Source: an uncultured Actinomycetes bacterium (GTDB taxonomy: Bacteria; Actinomycetota; Thermoleophilia; Gaiellales; Gaiellaceae). Taken from it: DNA of 64,000 nt. The stretch spans positions 30,404 to 94,403 of the forward strand of contig CAWBFX010000008.1 of the NCBI GenBank assembly GCA_963788215.1, read 5' to 3'. This document shows, in pieces, positions 45,297 to 55,398 of this stretch (its first letter is position 1; every line of letters starts with the position of its first letter). The notes beneath the pieces were generated by a model, which saw only the letters and a program-made list of their open reading frames with translations, was not told the origin of the DNA and ran no database searches. A program made the position numbers and the translations under genes.

Positions 45297-46644
45297 AGAT
45301 GTAGACCGCCGTGCCGTAGTCGAGGAGCGAGTAGATGTGCGGCGCCGCCCAGATCGGGATCCGGACGCAGCCGTGGCTCGCGGCGAACGTGGGCACGCTG
45401 TGGTAGCCGTGGATCGCGAAGCCGCCCACGAAGAAGGACGAGTAGTACATCTCCTTCGCGTTGTAGCCCGGCACCTTGCTGTAGACGTGCCAGAGGCCAA
45501 CGGGCGTGTTGCCCGTCGCCCCGGTCGAGACCGTGAGGACGAGCGAGGCCTGCCCGTCTCGGACGAGGAAGAGCACCTGCAGCTCCTTGCTCACCTCGAC
45601 GTGCAAGCCGGCGCCGGCGTGGCCGGGGACCGGGACGTGCGCGACCTCGAGCGCCCGCCAGAAGCGAGCGTCGGTAGCGCCGGTGCGCGCGAGCCCGTGG
45701 AGCTTCTGGAACGCGACGACCGCGTCCGCCGTATCGATGCCGTAGTAGCCGTCCGCCGCCCCGAGGTCGTAATGCAGCTCGTGCAGGCGCTGCTCGAGGG
45801 CGTAGACACTCGGGCCACGCGAGCCGAGGCGCAGGTACGGCACGTACACGGCCCGGCTGACGGTCGTGCCACCGCCGACGTAGCCCTGTGCGGGAGTGAC
45901 CGTGAGCCGGATCCGGTAGACGGCGGCCTGCCGTGTGCTCAGCCTGATCCGCAGGCGGCCGGCTCCGGTGCGCTTGGCGAAGAGGTGGTTCCCGCGCCAG
46001 ATGCGCGCCGTGAGCGTGCCCGCGCCTGCCGGTCGCTCGCGCGCGAACAGCAGGAGCGGCCGCCCGACCTGGCCCGAGCCGCGGAAGGCTGCCGTCAGCG
46101 CCGGGCGAACTCCGACCGTTGCGGGGCTCGAGACGGCCGGGCCGTAGCGCGCGGTGTACTGCGCGTCGGGCGTTCCGATTCGTCCGCGCACCGAAAAGCG
46201 CCCGCCGTGCCCGGTCTTCGCGCTGCCGACCCGCGTCGTACCGCGATAGAGCAGGATCCGCGCGCCCTTCACGCCCGGCACCAGCCGACCGTGGAAGCGC
46301 GCGCGCTGCCCGTAGCCGGCGGCGCGAGGCCCGGAGAGCGAGAGGCCGTACGACGTGACCGTCACGGACGCCTGCGAGGTCTCGCCGACCGGCGATGTCG
46401 CGGTCACGCGCGCGACGAACTTGCCCGCCGCGTAGACGTGCTGGACCACCGGCCCGTCGGCGGTCGTGCCGTCGCCGAGGTCCCAGTGGTAGGTCGCGAC
46501 GTCGCCGCTCGCGGTGAGCGTCACAGTGAGCGGAGCCGCGCCCGTTGCGGGGCTGGCCTGCGCGGTGACGGCCGGAGGCGCGGCGTGCGCAGCCGGAACG
46601 AAGAGGAACGTGAGGGCCGTGCCGATGATCGCTGCGCGCCGCAT
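45292..46644 (-). CDS. Secreted L,D-transpeptidase (YkuD) with PKD-like and peptidoglycan-binding domains
   Basis: Signal peptide MRRAAIIGTALTFLFVPAAHA. PG_binding_1 (LGSRGPSVYALEQRLHEL...YGIDTADAVVAFQ). Catalytic HGYHSVPTFAASHGCVRI. Confidence 0.85.
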   Translation of the reverse strand: MRRAAIIGTALTFLFVPAAHAAPPAVTAQASPATGAAPLTVTLTASGDVATYHWDLGDGTTADGPVVQHVYAAGKFVARVTATSPVGETSQASVTVTSYGLSLSGPRAAGYGQRARFHGRLVPGVKGARILLYRGTTRVGSAKTGHGGRFSVRGRIGTPDAQYTARYGPAVSSPATVGVRPALTAAFRGSGQVGRPLLLFARERPAGAGTLTARIWRGNHLFAKRTGAGRLRIRLSTRQAAVYRIRLTVTPAQGYVGGGTTVSRAVYVPYLRLGSRGPSVYALEQRLHELHYDLGAADGYYGIDTADAVVAFQKLHGLARTGATDARFWRALEVAHVPVPGHAGAGLHVEVSKELQVLFLVRDGQASLVLTVSTGATGNTPVGLWHVYSKVPGYNAKEMYYSSFFVGGFAIHGYHSVPTFAASHGCVRIPIWAAPHIYSLLDYGTAVYIY

Positions 46645-46664
46645 CGCCGGGAGAATAGATCGGG

Positions 46665-47270
46665 TTACCGGACGAATGCCACTGCCAACGCGATCCCGTT
46701 GAAACACGCGTGGAAGAGCATTCCGGGGAAGACGCTCTCGGTGCGCAGGCGGAGGACGGCGAGCGCGGCGCCGAAGATGAACAGCGCCGGGAATCCCTGA
46801 ACGAGGCCGTGCGCGGCGGCGAAAGCGACCGCGGACACGATCACTGCCGCGACCGCCCCGAAGCGGCGCAGCAGGGCGATGCCGAGCCCGCGATAGGTGA
46901 ACTCCTCCGCGATCGGCGCGACGAGCGCGATGACCGCGGCGTTGGCCGCATACGCGAGCGCCTTGTCCGGCTGCCAGTGCGCGGGCTCGAGGCCCTGCTC
47001 GCGGGTTGCGTGGAGCACCGACTCGAGCGCGTTCTCGGCGATCAGGATCCCGATGAAGAGGACGAGGGCGAGGCCGAGCGCCCGGCCCCAGGAGCGCGGC
47101 TGCCGAACTCCGAGCTCACCCCATGGAATCCCGCGCGCGATCCAGAGCGCGATGCCCAGGATGAGGAGCTCCTCGACCAGGCCGTTGACGGCGAACCCGT
47201 ACTGGTAGAGCGCGTCGCGAGGCGGCTTGCCGCCGCTCGCGCGGCCGATGTACGCGAAGAGCGCGAGCAC
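46665..47270 (-). CDS. CPBP-family intramembrane glutamic endopeptidase (CAAX protease-like)
   Basis: APIAEEFTYRG (EExxxR), FAAAHG (FxxxH), FHACFNG (HxxxN). The frame stays open upstream to a CTG at 47342 that overlaps the preceding TGA, so the true start may be further 5'. Confidence 0.8.
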   Translation of the reverse strand: MLALFAYIGRASGGKPPRDALYQYGFAVNGLVEELLILGIALWIARGIPWGELGVRQPRSWGRALGLALVLFIGILIAENALESVLHATREQGLEPAHWQPDKALAYAANAAVIALVAPIAEEFTYRGLGIALLRRFGAVAAVIVSAVAFAAAHGLVQGFPALFIFGAALAVLRLRTESVFPGMLFHACFNGIALAVAFVR

Positions 47271-47338
47271 GCTCGTCAGGACGAGCCATGCGGCCAGCTT
47301 CCGGTTCGAGGCGCTGGCTCTGACCGGGGCGGCGAGGC

Positions 47339-48199
47339 TCAGCGGAACGCGTCCGGGTGGAGGATCCGCGCGACCGCGACGAGCGCCTTGCCGACGCCCG
47401 GCCCCGGCTGGGCGAGGCGGCCCGGCACGATCCCGAAGCGGCCGGAGCGCACCGCTGCGAGCTTCTTCGTCACGCGGTTCGCGCGCAGCTGGGCGAGCGT
47501 CGTGCCGCTGTCCGAGAGGGCAACGTAGGCCTGCGGGTCGATCGAGGCCAGGCGTTTGAGCGGGAACGGCCCCTGCTCGGGGCTAGGCCCGGCGACGTCC
47601 TTGCCCTTCGCCGCCTCGACGATGCTTCCTAGGAGGCTGCGTGAGCCGACCGTGCTGAACCCGCCGGCGTCGATGAAGGTCGGGACCTCGGGCGTGCCGC
47701 TCAGCCGCGCCGTGACCTGCCGGCGGTCGCGCTGGATTCCCGCCGTCACCCGGCGCGCGGCCACGGGCCGGGCGGTGAGGAGGCCGACGTCGCCGATCGC
47801 GCGCTCGACGTCGCCGAGCGAGCTGTCGGGGGTGACGTAGACGGCCGCGTTCGTCGCCGATCGCGCGCGTTCGAGGTCGAGCGGGTCGACGTCGCTCGAG
47901 GCGACGATCAGGTCGGGGCGGGCCTTCTTGATCTGCGCCACCAGCGGCAGCCCGACCAGCGATTCGTTCACGGTCACGGTCCTGCGCTTGAGGCCGAGCG
48001 CCCGCAGGATCTGGTGCGGGCCCGGGCCGAGCGGGACGATCCGCTGCGGCGTCTCGGCCAGCGCGGTCGGCCGCTCGGCGGCGCCCTGGACGGTCACCGG
48101 ATAGATCGGGACGCTGGCGCCGGTCGGCTCCGCCCGCTCGCCGCAGGCGGTGCCGGCGGCGAGGAGGGCGAGCGCGCAGGCGGCGAGCGCGATCCTCAT
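47339..48199 (-). CDS. ABC-transporter periplasmic binding lipoprotein (Fe-siderophore/cobalamin Peripla_BP_2-like)
   Basis: MRIALAACALALLAAGTACG lipobox. RIVPLGPGPHQILRALG...ARPDLIVASS pattern. ATG 48199 overlaps the upstream stop as ATGA. Confidence 0.65.
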   Translation of the reverse strand: MRIALAACALALLAAGTACGERAEPTGASVPIYPVTVQGAAERPTALAETPQRIVPLGPGPHQILRALGLKRRTVTVNESLVGLPLVAQIKKARPDLIVASSDVDPLDLERARSATNAAVYVTPDSSLGDVERAIGDVGLLTARPVAARRVTAGIQRDRRQVTARLSGTPEVPTFIDAGGFSTVGSRSLLGSIVEAAKGKDVAGPSPEQGPFPLKRLASIDPQAYVALSDSGTTLAQLRANRVTKKLAAVRSGRFGIVPGRLAQPGPGVGKALVAVARILHPDAFR

Positions 48200-49443
48200 G
48201 CCACCCACTGCCAGAGCGCCCATTGCACCACCGCCACGCCGAGCAACAGCGAGCTGACGCAGAGGATCGCCGTGTGCGCCCGCGGACGGCGGCCGACGAC
48301 CGCCAGCGCGAGGAAGAACGGAAAGATCGTCAGCCCGAACCGCGGGATCGAGAGCAACGGCCAGCGCTCGCTGGGGACGCTGAGAGGGATGGCGAGGCTC
48401 ACCGCGGCGAAGAGGCCGTACGGCGCGCCGAAGCGCCGCCAGGCGATGACCGTAAGCGCTACGAAGAGCACGAGGAAGGCGAGGTTCTCGAGGTTGATCG
48501 TCGCCGCCCGGATCGGATCGGTGTCCTGCACCGCCGTCCAGTAGACGTGCGTGTGCGAGCCGGACGCGAGCTGTTCGACCCCGGCCCAGCCCGCGCGCAG
48601 GCCGTCCCAGATCCCGCCGAGCGGGCCGGCAGGCGACAAGTGGCGGCTCCAGATTCGCTGCGCGTGCAGGAACGCCCAGGGGTCGCCCTCCGCCTGCCAG
48701 AGGTAGAGCGGGTAGGCAGCGAACAGCACCGGGGCGACGGCGAGCGAGGCGAGCGCGCGCAGGCGGTCGCGCTCCTGCCAGGCGATCAGCGCCAGAGCCG
48801 GGAGGAGCGCGACACCGGTAGGCCGGGCCAGAAGAGCGAGCCCGGTCACGGCGCCCGCGGCGAGGAAGCGGCTGCGCTCGGCGAGCATGAAGGCCGCGAG
48901 CGTCAGCAGCAGGTAGAGCGACTCGCTGTAGACCGCCTGCAGGAAGAGCGCGAACGGGAAGAACGCGAGGTAGAGCACCGCCCGCCGCGCGCCGTCTGCC
49001 CCGAGCCGCTCCTCGGCGATCCGGTGCAGGAGCAGGAACGAGCCGAGCGCAGCCGCGAGCGAGATCAGGATTCCGGCCAGCACGTAATGGCCGAAGAGCA
49101 CGCGCCCGAGCACGGCCACGGCGCCGGGATAGAGCGGGTAGAAGGCGGAGGCCGCGCCGCTCGCTGCGCTGTAGCCGTGCTCCGCGATTCGCAGGAACCA
49201 GACGCTGTCCCAGCGCGCCCAAACGTCCGTGACCGCACCGAGGTCATGGGTCAGCGAGGGGTCGTCCCAGCGCGCCGCCCGCGGGTGCCGGTTGGGTACG
49301 AAGACGAAGAGCGCGAACAGCGCCGCAGCCCAGATCGCGGCCCGCGACCAGAGGAAGATCTCCGGAGCGGGGTTGGCTGCGGGAGGCAGCCGCAGCTCAC
49401 GGCGAGCCGTCCGCGGCTCGCGTACGCGTTGACCGGCGGACAC
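48196..49443 (-). CDS. Polytopic GT-C-type membrane glycosyl/mannosyltransferase (PIG-V-like)
   Basis: WDSVWFLRIAEHGY...FYPLYP, followed by about 10 TM segments. Confidence 0.65.
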   Translation of the reverse strand: MSAGQRVREPRTARRELRLPPAANPAPEIFLWSRAAIWAAALFALFVFVPNRHPRAARWDDPSLTHDLGAVTDVWARWDSVWFLRIAEHGYSAASGAASAFYPLYPGAVAVLGRVLFGHYVLAGILISLAAALGSFLLLHRIAEERLGADGARRAVLYLAFFPFALFLQAVYSESLYLLLTLAAFMLAERSRFLAAGAVTGLALLARPTGVALLPALALIAWQERDRLRALASLAVAPVLFAAYPLYLWQAEGDPWAFLHAQRIWSRHLSPAGPLGGIWDGLRAGWAGVEQLASGSHTHVYWTAVQDTDPIRAATINLENLAFLVLFVALTVIAWRRFGAPYGLFAAVSLAIPLSVPSERWPLLSIPRFGLTIFPFFLALAVVGRRPRAHTAILCVSSLLLGVAVVQWALWQWVA

Positions 49444-49462
49444 GGCGCGCGATGATACTCGG

Positions 49463-49870
49463 ATGGCCCCGCGCTACTTCACGCCGGAGGAGGCGAATGC
49501 CCAGCTCGAGCGGGTCCGGCCGGCGGCCGAGGCGCTCGTCGAGCACCGCCGCGCGATGGCGGATGCCGCACGGGAGCGCGCCCGGTTCGTGCAGCGGATC
49601 GCGGGAAACGGCGGCGACTTCGATCCCCAGGAGCCGCGTACGCTCGAGGAGCAGTTCGAGCGCGAGGGCCAGGCGGTCGCCCGCTGCGTCCAGGAGCTCC
49701 AGAAGCTCGGCGTCCAGGTGAAGGACCTGGACCGCGGTCTCCTCGACTTCCCCGCGCTGCGCGACGGCGAGGAAGTGCTGCTCTGCTGGCAGGTCGGCGA
49801 GGACGAGGTGGCCTTCTGGCACGGCCTCGAAGAAGGCTTCGCCGGCAGGAAACCTCTCCCGTTCGACTAA
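49463..49870 (+). CDS. DUF2203-family protein
   Basis: YFTPEEANAQLERVRP...VQVKDLDRGLLDFPA...EVLLCWQVGEDEVAFWH. Confidence 0.65.
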   Translation: MAPRYFTPEEANAQLERVRPAAEALVEHRRAMADAARERARFVQRIAGNGGDFDPQEPRTLEEQFEREGQAVARCVQELQKLGVQVKDLDRGLLDFPALRDGEEVLLCWQVGEDEVAFWHGLEEGFAGRKPLPFD

Positions 49871-49882
49871 CCAGGCGGGACG

Positions 49883-50605
49883 ATGCCCTGGTGGCACCGC
49901 CTGATCGTGCTGGGCGTGGTTCTTGCGATCACGCTCGCCGCCGCGCGCTTCGCGGACCGGCGGCTCTCGCGCCGCGACCTGCCGGCGAGCGCGGTGACGC
50001 GGTACCGGGTGCTGCGGCGCAGCATCGTCGCCCTGATCATCTTCATCGGCGTCCTCTCCGCGCTGCTCGTGATCCCGGAGGTGCGGGCCGTCGCGACCGG
50101 GATTCTCGCCTCGTCCGCGATCGTCGGGATCGTCGTCGGCTTCGCCGCCCAGCGGACGATCGGGAACTTCATCGCGGGGTTGCTGATCGCCTTCGCGCAA
50201 CCGCTTCGCATCGGCGACTCCGTCGAGATCGACGGCACCGCCGGCGTCGTCGACGAGATCGGGCTTACCTACACGTTCATCCGGGTAGCCGACAACGATC
50301 AGCTCGTGATCCCGAATGACCGAATCGCCTCGGATACCATCCTCAACTCGTCTCTCCGCGGACGAAGGAAGCGCGCACAGGTGACCGTCCAGATCCCTCT
50401 CGATCGTGATCTCGCAGCCGTCTCGGAGCTGCTTCGCGAAACGGCTGCCGACGAGCAGGCGGAAGTCACCGTGACCGCTCTCGAGGACAAGGCCAGCCTG
50501 GCGCTGACCGTCTGGGCCGAGGACGAGGCATCGGCCTCCCGAATCGAGAGTGAGCTCCGCCTGCGCGCGCACGAGCGGCTGCGCGAGGCCGGAGTCTTCT
50601 CGTGA
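49883..50605 (+). CDS. Small-conductance mechanosensitive channel (MscS family)
   Basis: Three TM segments, then IGNFIAGLLIAFAQPLRIGDSVEIDGTAGVVDEIGLTYTFIR...VIPN. Confidence 0.8.
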   Translation: MPWWHRLIVLGVVLAITLAAARFADRRLSRRDLPASAVTRYRVLRRSIVALIIFIGVLSALLVIPEVRAVATGILASSAIVGIVVGFAAQRTIGNFIAGLLIAFAQPLRIGDSVEIDGTAGVVDEIGLTYTFIRVADNDQLVIPNDRIASDTILNSSLRGRRKRAQVTVQIPLDRDLAAVSELLRETAADEQAEVTVTALEDKASLALTVWAEDEASASRIESELRLRAHERLREAGVFS

Positions 50606-52782
50606 CGCCGCCTCCTCCGCGAGGAACACGCAGGCGCGACCGGGACCTCGACGACATCCTCCGCCTGAGGAGGCGCCGCCGGGGTCGTGGCGCCGGGAAG
50701 CGCAGGCAGCGCTTGAAGATCTTCTTCGGCGCGCTCATCGTGCTCACGCTCACCCTGCTGGTGACCGGCGTCGGCGCGGTCGCGAAGTTCCAGTCGAGCT
50801 GTGACCTCAGCCAGCTGCGCCAGGTGCAGATCGGCGAGAACTCGTTCGTCTACGCCGCCGACGGCTCCACGCTGGGCTCGATCCCCGCCGAGAGGAACCG
50901 AACGCCCGTCACGCTGCGCAAGGTCAGCCTCTGGGAGCGGAAGGCCACCGTCGCGATCGAGGATCACCGTTTCTACGAGCACGGCGGCGTCGACTACTAC
51001 GGAATCGCGCGCGCGGCCTGGCAGGACCTGCGGGCCGGCCACGTCGTGCAGGGCGGCTCCACGATCACGCAGCAGCTCGTGCGCAACCTCTACATCTCGA
51101 AGGAGCGGACGTTCAAGCGGAAGCTGAAGGAGGTCTGCCTCGCGATCAAGCTCAGCCGGCGCTGGTCGAAGGACAGGATCCTGAACGAGTACCTGAACCA
51201 GGTCTATTACGGAAACCACGCCTACGGGATCGAGGCCGCGGCCGAGACGTACTACTCGGAGCACGCCTACCAGCTCGGGCTCGGCCAGGCGGCCCTCCTC
51301 GCGGGCCTGCCGCAGGCCCCCACGACGTACGACCCGCTGCACCGGCCTGCGACGGCGATCGCCCGGCGGGACGAGGTCCTACGCGCGATGCTTCAGTACG
51401 GCTACATCACGCCGAAGCAGTACCGCGTCGCGCTCGCCCAGCGGAAGCTTCGGTTGCGGCCCGGCAAGCTCTACACGCGGATCAAGGAGCCGTACTTCTT
51501 CAGCTACGTCCGCGACCAGCTGATCGCCGAGTACGGGTCGAGCACGGTCCGCTCCGGCGGCCTTCGCGTCTACACGACGATCAACCCACGGCTGCAGCGC
51601 GCTGCGCAAAAGGCGATCAAGGACACGCTCTACCTGCGCAACGATCCCGCGGCCGCGGTCGTCTCGATCAACCCGGGCAACGGCTACATCCGCGCGATGA
51701 CCGCGGTCACGCCTGGACGAACGGGCAACCAGTTCAACCTCGTCGCCCAGGCGCGCCGCCAGCCGGGGTCGACCTTCAAGGTCTTCGTCCTCACGGCGGC
51801 GGTCAACGAGGGCATGAACCCGGACGCGACCTACTACACCTCGGCGCCGTTCCACTACCAGCCGGACCCGTACACCCCCGCCTGGGACGTGCAGACCTAC
51901 GACCACTCCTACGCGGGCTCGATCTCCGTGACGCAGGCGACGCTGCGCTCCGACAACACCGTCTATGCGCAGCTGACGCTCGACGTCGGGCCGGACAAGG
52001 TCGCGCAGATGGCGCACCTGCTCGGGATCCGCTCGAAGCTCGACGTCGTCCCCGCGATGGGGCTCGGCGCCGACGCGATCTCGCCGCTCGAGGAGGCTTC
52101 CGCCTACGCGACCCTCGACGCGGGCGGCATCTACTCGAGGCCGACGGCGATCAAGGAGGTCAAGCTCGCGAACGGCAAGGTCGACACGGATGCGGGCTGG
52201 GGGAAGCCGCACCGCAAGCGCGTGATCTCGGACGGAGTCGCCTGGGAAGTGACGCGGATCCTGCAGCAGAACGTCCTCGGCGGCACAGGCGTGGGCGCGT
52301 ACTTCGGCCGGCCCGCCGCCGGCAAGACCGGCACGACCGACAACCACGCCGACGCGTGGTTCTCCGGGTACGTGCCGCAGCTCGAGGCGACGGTCTGGGT
52401 CGGGTACCCGCAGGGCGAGATTCCGATGACCAACGTCCACGGGATCTCCGTCCAGGGCGGCAGCTTCCCGGCGACGATCTGGCACCTGTTCATGGAGTCA
52501 GCCGTGGCCAGCAAGGCGGCGCTCGACTGGCCGCAGCCGTTCAACCCGGTCGTATGGGAGCCGTGGACCAAGGGCCAGTACGGGTCGACCTTCGCGCCGC
52601 CGCCGCCGACCTACTACAACCCGCCGGCGTCGACCTCGACCCAGACGACGACGGGCAAGGCGCCGCCTCCGCCGCCGGTCGCTCCGCCGCCGCCTCCGCC
52701 GGTCGCGCCGCCTCCGCCGCCTCCGATCCCGCCGCCGCCTCCTCCGCCCTCGCCGCCGCCCTCTCCGCCGCCGGTCCCCTAG
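50602..52782 (+). CDS. Class A penicillin-binding protein (transglycosylase + transpeptidase) with a poly-proline tail
   Basis: AIEDHRFYEHGGVD, GGSTITQQL (GT51). GSTFK (SxxK), RSDN (SxN), KTGT. The last roughly 45 aa are PPPPVAPPPPPP repeats. Confidence 0.9.
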   Translation: MTPPPPRGTRRRDRDLDDILRLRRRRRGRGAGKRRQRLKIFFGALIVLTLTLLVTGVGAVAKFQSSCDLSQLRQVQIGENSFVYAADGSTLGSIPAERNRTPVTLRKVSLWERKATVAIEDHRFYEHGGVDYYGIARAAWQDLRAGHVVQGGSTITQQLVRNLYISKERTFKRKLKEVCLAIKLSRRWSKDRILNEYLNQVYYGNHAYGIEAAAETYYSEHAYQLGLGQAALLAGLPQAPTTYDPLHRPATAIARRDEVLRAMLQYGYITPKQYRVALAQRKLRLRPGKLYTRIKEPYFFSYVRDQLIAEYGSSTVRSGGLRVYTTINPRLQRAAQKAIKDTLYLRNDPAAAVVSINPGNGYIRAMTAVTPGRTGNQFNLVAQARRQPGSTFKVFVLTAAVNEGMNPDATYYTSAPFHYQPDPYTPAWDVQTYDHSYAGSISVTQATLRSDNTVYAQLTLDVGPDKVAQMAHLLGIRSKLDVVPAMGLGADAISPLEEASAYATLDAGGIYSRPTAIKEVKLANGKVDTDAGWGKPHRKRVISDGVAWEVTRILQQNVLGGTGVGAYFGRPAAGKTGTTDNHADAWFSGYVPQLEATVWVGYPQGEIPMTNVHGISVQGGSFPATIWHLFMESAVASKAALDWPQPFNPVVWEPWTKGQYGSTFAPPPPTYYNPPASTSTQTTTGKAPPPPPVAPPPPPPVAPPPPPPIPPPPPPPSPPPSPPPVP

Positions 52783-52786
52783 CCAC

Positions 52787-54097
52787 GTGAAGCCGGCGCT
52801 CCGCGTGCCCGCGGGGAGGCGAGACGCGCTCCTGGCCGCCCTCGCCGCTGCGCCGGTCTTCCTCGCTGCGTGCGCGATCCCGGACGGCGGGCTCTTCCGC
52901 GCGGCGCGCTTCCGCGACCTGCACATCTACCAGGGCTACGCCGAGCGCTTCCTGCACGGAGCGCTGCCGTACCGCGACGTGTTCGTCGAGTACCCGCCGG
53001 GCGCCTTCGCCGTGTTCATACCGCCGACCGCGTTCGGCGCGCAGCACTACAACGCGGCCTTCAAGGCGGAGATGGCGCTCTGCGGTCTCGCGACGATCCT
53101 GGTTGCGGCGCTCGTGCTCGCCGAGCTCGGCGCGACGCGCGCGCGGCTGCTCGTGTGCGTGGGGCTGCTCGCCGTCGCCCCCGCTGCGCTCGGGCCGATC
53201 TCGCTGAACACCTACGACGCCTGGCCCGCGCTGCTGACGGTGCTCGCGCTGCTGCTCTTCCTGCGCGGCTGGGACCTCGCCGGCGCCGGGGTACTGGGGC
53301 TCGCCGTCTCCGCGAAGGTCTACCCGCTCGTGCTCCTGCCGCTGGCGGGCGTGTTCGTCTGGCGGCGGGCGGGGCCTCGTCGGCTGGCGGCAGCGCTGGC
53401 GGTGTTCTCGGTCGTTGCGGTCGCGGTCGTCGCGCCGTTCGCCGCCTACGACCTGCACGGGGTCGCCGAGAGCTTCCGCTCGCAGGCGACGCGCGGGCTG
53501 CAGGTCGAGAGCCTCGGCGCGTCGCTGCTCCTTGTCGCGGACAAGCTCGGCCTCTACCACGCGCACGTGGTCGAGACGACCGGGGTCGCGGGGCGCAACC
53601 TCGACGGCTCCCTGCCAGATGCGGTGGCGGTCGTGACCCTCGTGCTCGAAGCCGCCGCGGTGATCGGCGTCTGGCTCCTCTACGCGAGGGCGCGCGACGG
53701 GCGAAGCAGTCTCCCCGTCGCCTTCGCCGCCGCGGTCGCCGGCTTCCTCGCCTTCACCAAGGTCTTCTCGCCGCAATATCTCGAGTGGCTGATGCCGCTC
53801 GTCGTGGTCGCCGGCGGCGGGCTCGCGATCGCCCTGACGGCCGCCTCGCTGGTGCTCGGCCAGGCCTGGTTCTTCCACTACCACGCGCTCTTCCGGATCG
53901 CCTGGCCGGTGTGGCTCCTGGTTGTCCGCGATCTGCTCGTCGTCGCCACGTTTGCGGCCCTGGCCGCCGCCCTGGCTCAGCCGCGGCGGTGGAAGATCAG
54001 GATCCCGTCACGCTCGAAGACGAGGCGCCACTCGGGGTTGCGGCGCAACCAGGAGAGCTGGACCGCGGTCGGCAACGGCGCCAGTCGGTCTGCGTAG
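52787..54097 (+). CDS. DUF2029/GT87-like polytopic membrane glycosyltransferase
   Basis: PYRDVFVEYPPGA motif, then about 9 TM segments. The 3' 120 nt overlap the convergent gene and translate as a basic, non-membrane tail. Confidence 0.65.
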   Translation: MKPALRVPAGRRDALLAALAAAPVFLAACAIPDGGLFRAARFRDLHIYQGYAERFLHGALPYRDVFVEYPPGAFAVFIPPTAFGAQHYNAAFKAEMALCGLATILVAALVLAELGATRARLLVCVGLLAVAPAALGPISLNTYDAWPALLTVLALLLFLRGWDLAGAGVLGLAVSAKVYPLVLLPLAGVFVWRRAGPRRLAAALAVFSVVAVAVVAPFAAYDLHGVAESFRSQATRGLQVESLGASLLLVADKLGLYHAHVVETTGVAGRNLDGSLPDAVAVVTLVLEAAAVIGVWLLYARARDGRSSLPVAFAAAVAGFLAFTKVFSPQYLEWLMPLVVVAGGGLAIALTAASLVLGQAWFFHYHALFRIAWPVWLLVVRDLLVVATFAALAAALAQPRRWKIRIPSRSKTRRHSGLRRNQESWTAVGNGASRSA

Positions 54098-55398
54098 CCC
54101 GGAGAGGTCTCGTCGGCAGCCACCCAGGCGGCGTCCTGGATGAACGGGAAGCTGAGGACCCGCGTGCGGGCCGACAGGTGCGCGCCGAGCGAGTTGGTCG
54201 CGCTGACGACCGCCTCCCCCGGGATCAGTCGCAGCGCCCGCGCCGCGATCCGATCGTGCTGGCTCACGCGCGCGGCGCTCGCCTGGGTCTGCTCACCGCC
54301 CGGGAAGTAGCGCCAGAGCGGGATCGCGCCGAGGAAGTAGTTGGCGGCGACGGCGAGGACGACCGCGGCGGTCGGAAGCGCGCGCGCGAGGTCCGGGCGG
54401 CGGCGGGCGAACGCTGCGGCGCCGAGGACCGTCGCCGCGACCAGCACGGGGATCAGCCCGGCCGTGTAGTGGAAGTGGATCGAGGTCTGCGAGGGCGAGG
54501 CCGAGAGCACGTTGATGGCGAGCTCGGGGATCGCTGCGATCAGCATCACCGGCGCCGCGAGCATCAGCAGACCGAGCGGGAGGACGAGCCGGGCGACGTA
54601 ACCGAGGCCGCGTCCGGTGAACGCGGTCGTGAAGATCTTCCACGGATGCGTGACGGACGTCCGGAGGATCCCACCCGGCGAGCCGCCGACCTCGCTGTAC
54701 CGCGAGAAAAAGCTCGAGCTTCCGGCCCGGTTGAAGTGCGGGATCACGATTTCGATCGCGATCAGCGAGACGGCCAGCCCCGCGAGCGCGACGGCCGCTC
54801 CCGGGAGGCGGCGGCCTCGCGCGATCGCGTACCAGATGCCGAGACCCGCGACGACGAACGCGATCTCCTCCTTGGTCGTCGCTGCGAGCAGCGCGCAGGC
54901 CGCGAACGGGATCAGCCTGTCCTCGTCGAGGAACCAGATCGCGAACAGGAGCAGCGGGCACGCGAGCGCGACCGGGTGGAACTCGTTCAGCGTCAGCCAC
55001 TGCGTGGGCGGATAGAGCAGGTACGCGAGCGCGAAGCCGAGGCCTGCGCGCTCGGACTCGAGCTGCTTGCGGGCCAGCCAGAAGACCGGCAGGGCGCCGA
55101 GCGCGACGGCTACCGCCTGCGCCACGAGCAGAACGTCAGGGCTCGGCCAGGCGAGCCAGAGCGGCGCGAACGCGATCAGGATCGGGTCGAAGTGAGCTGC
55201 GAGGCGGGAGATCTCGTCGCCGCGCAGTCCCGTGACCGCCAGTGGGTGGCCGTGCGCGGTCGACCAGACCGCCTGCACCATGTTGCCGAGGTCGAAGCGG
55301 CCGGTCTCGAACGCCCGGTGGCGCAGGACCGAGAGCGCCGAGAAACCCGCGGCGTAGGCGGCGATCGCCGCCCAGAGGAGGGCTCGCGGGGACCTCAC
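53977..55398 (-). CDS. DUF2079-family polytopic membrane protein
   Basis: GTG 55398 (GTGA overlap). FDLGNMVQAVWSTAHG...HFDPILIAFAPLW...LNEFHPVALACPLLLFA. Confidence 0.75.
   Translation of the reverse strand: MRSPRALLWAAIAAYAAGFSALSVLRHRAFETGRFDLGNMVQAVWSTAHGHPLAVTGLRGDEISRLAAHFDPILIAFAPLWLAWPSPDVLLVAQAVAVALGALPVFWLARKQLESERAGLGFALAYLLYPPTQWLTLNEFHPVALACPLLLFAIWFLDEDRLIPFAACALLAATTKEEIAFVVAGLGIWYAIARGRRLPGAAVALAGLAVSLIAIEIVIPHFNRAGSSSFFSRYSEVGGSPGGILRTSVTHPWKIFTTAFTGRGLGYVARLVLPLGLLMLAAPVMLIAAIPELAINVLSASPSQTSIHFHYTAGLIPVLVAATVLGAAAFARRRPDLARALPTAAVVLAVAANYFLGAIPLWRYFPGGEQTQASAARVSQHDRIAARALRLIPGEAVVSATNSLGAHLSARTRVLSFPFIQDAAWVAADETSPGYADRLAPLPTAVQLSWLRRNPEWRLVFERDGILIFHRRG

Noticed and set aside
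52640-52782. CCGCCGCC-rich repeat at the end of the PBP1A gene
   Set aside because: It is in frame and encodes a poly-proline tail (PPPPVAPPPPPP...). It is not an independent repeat element.
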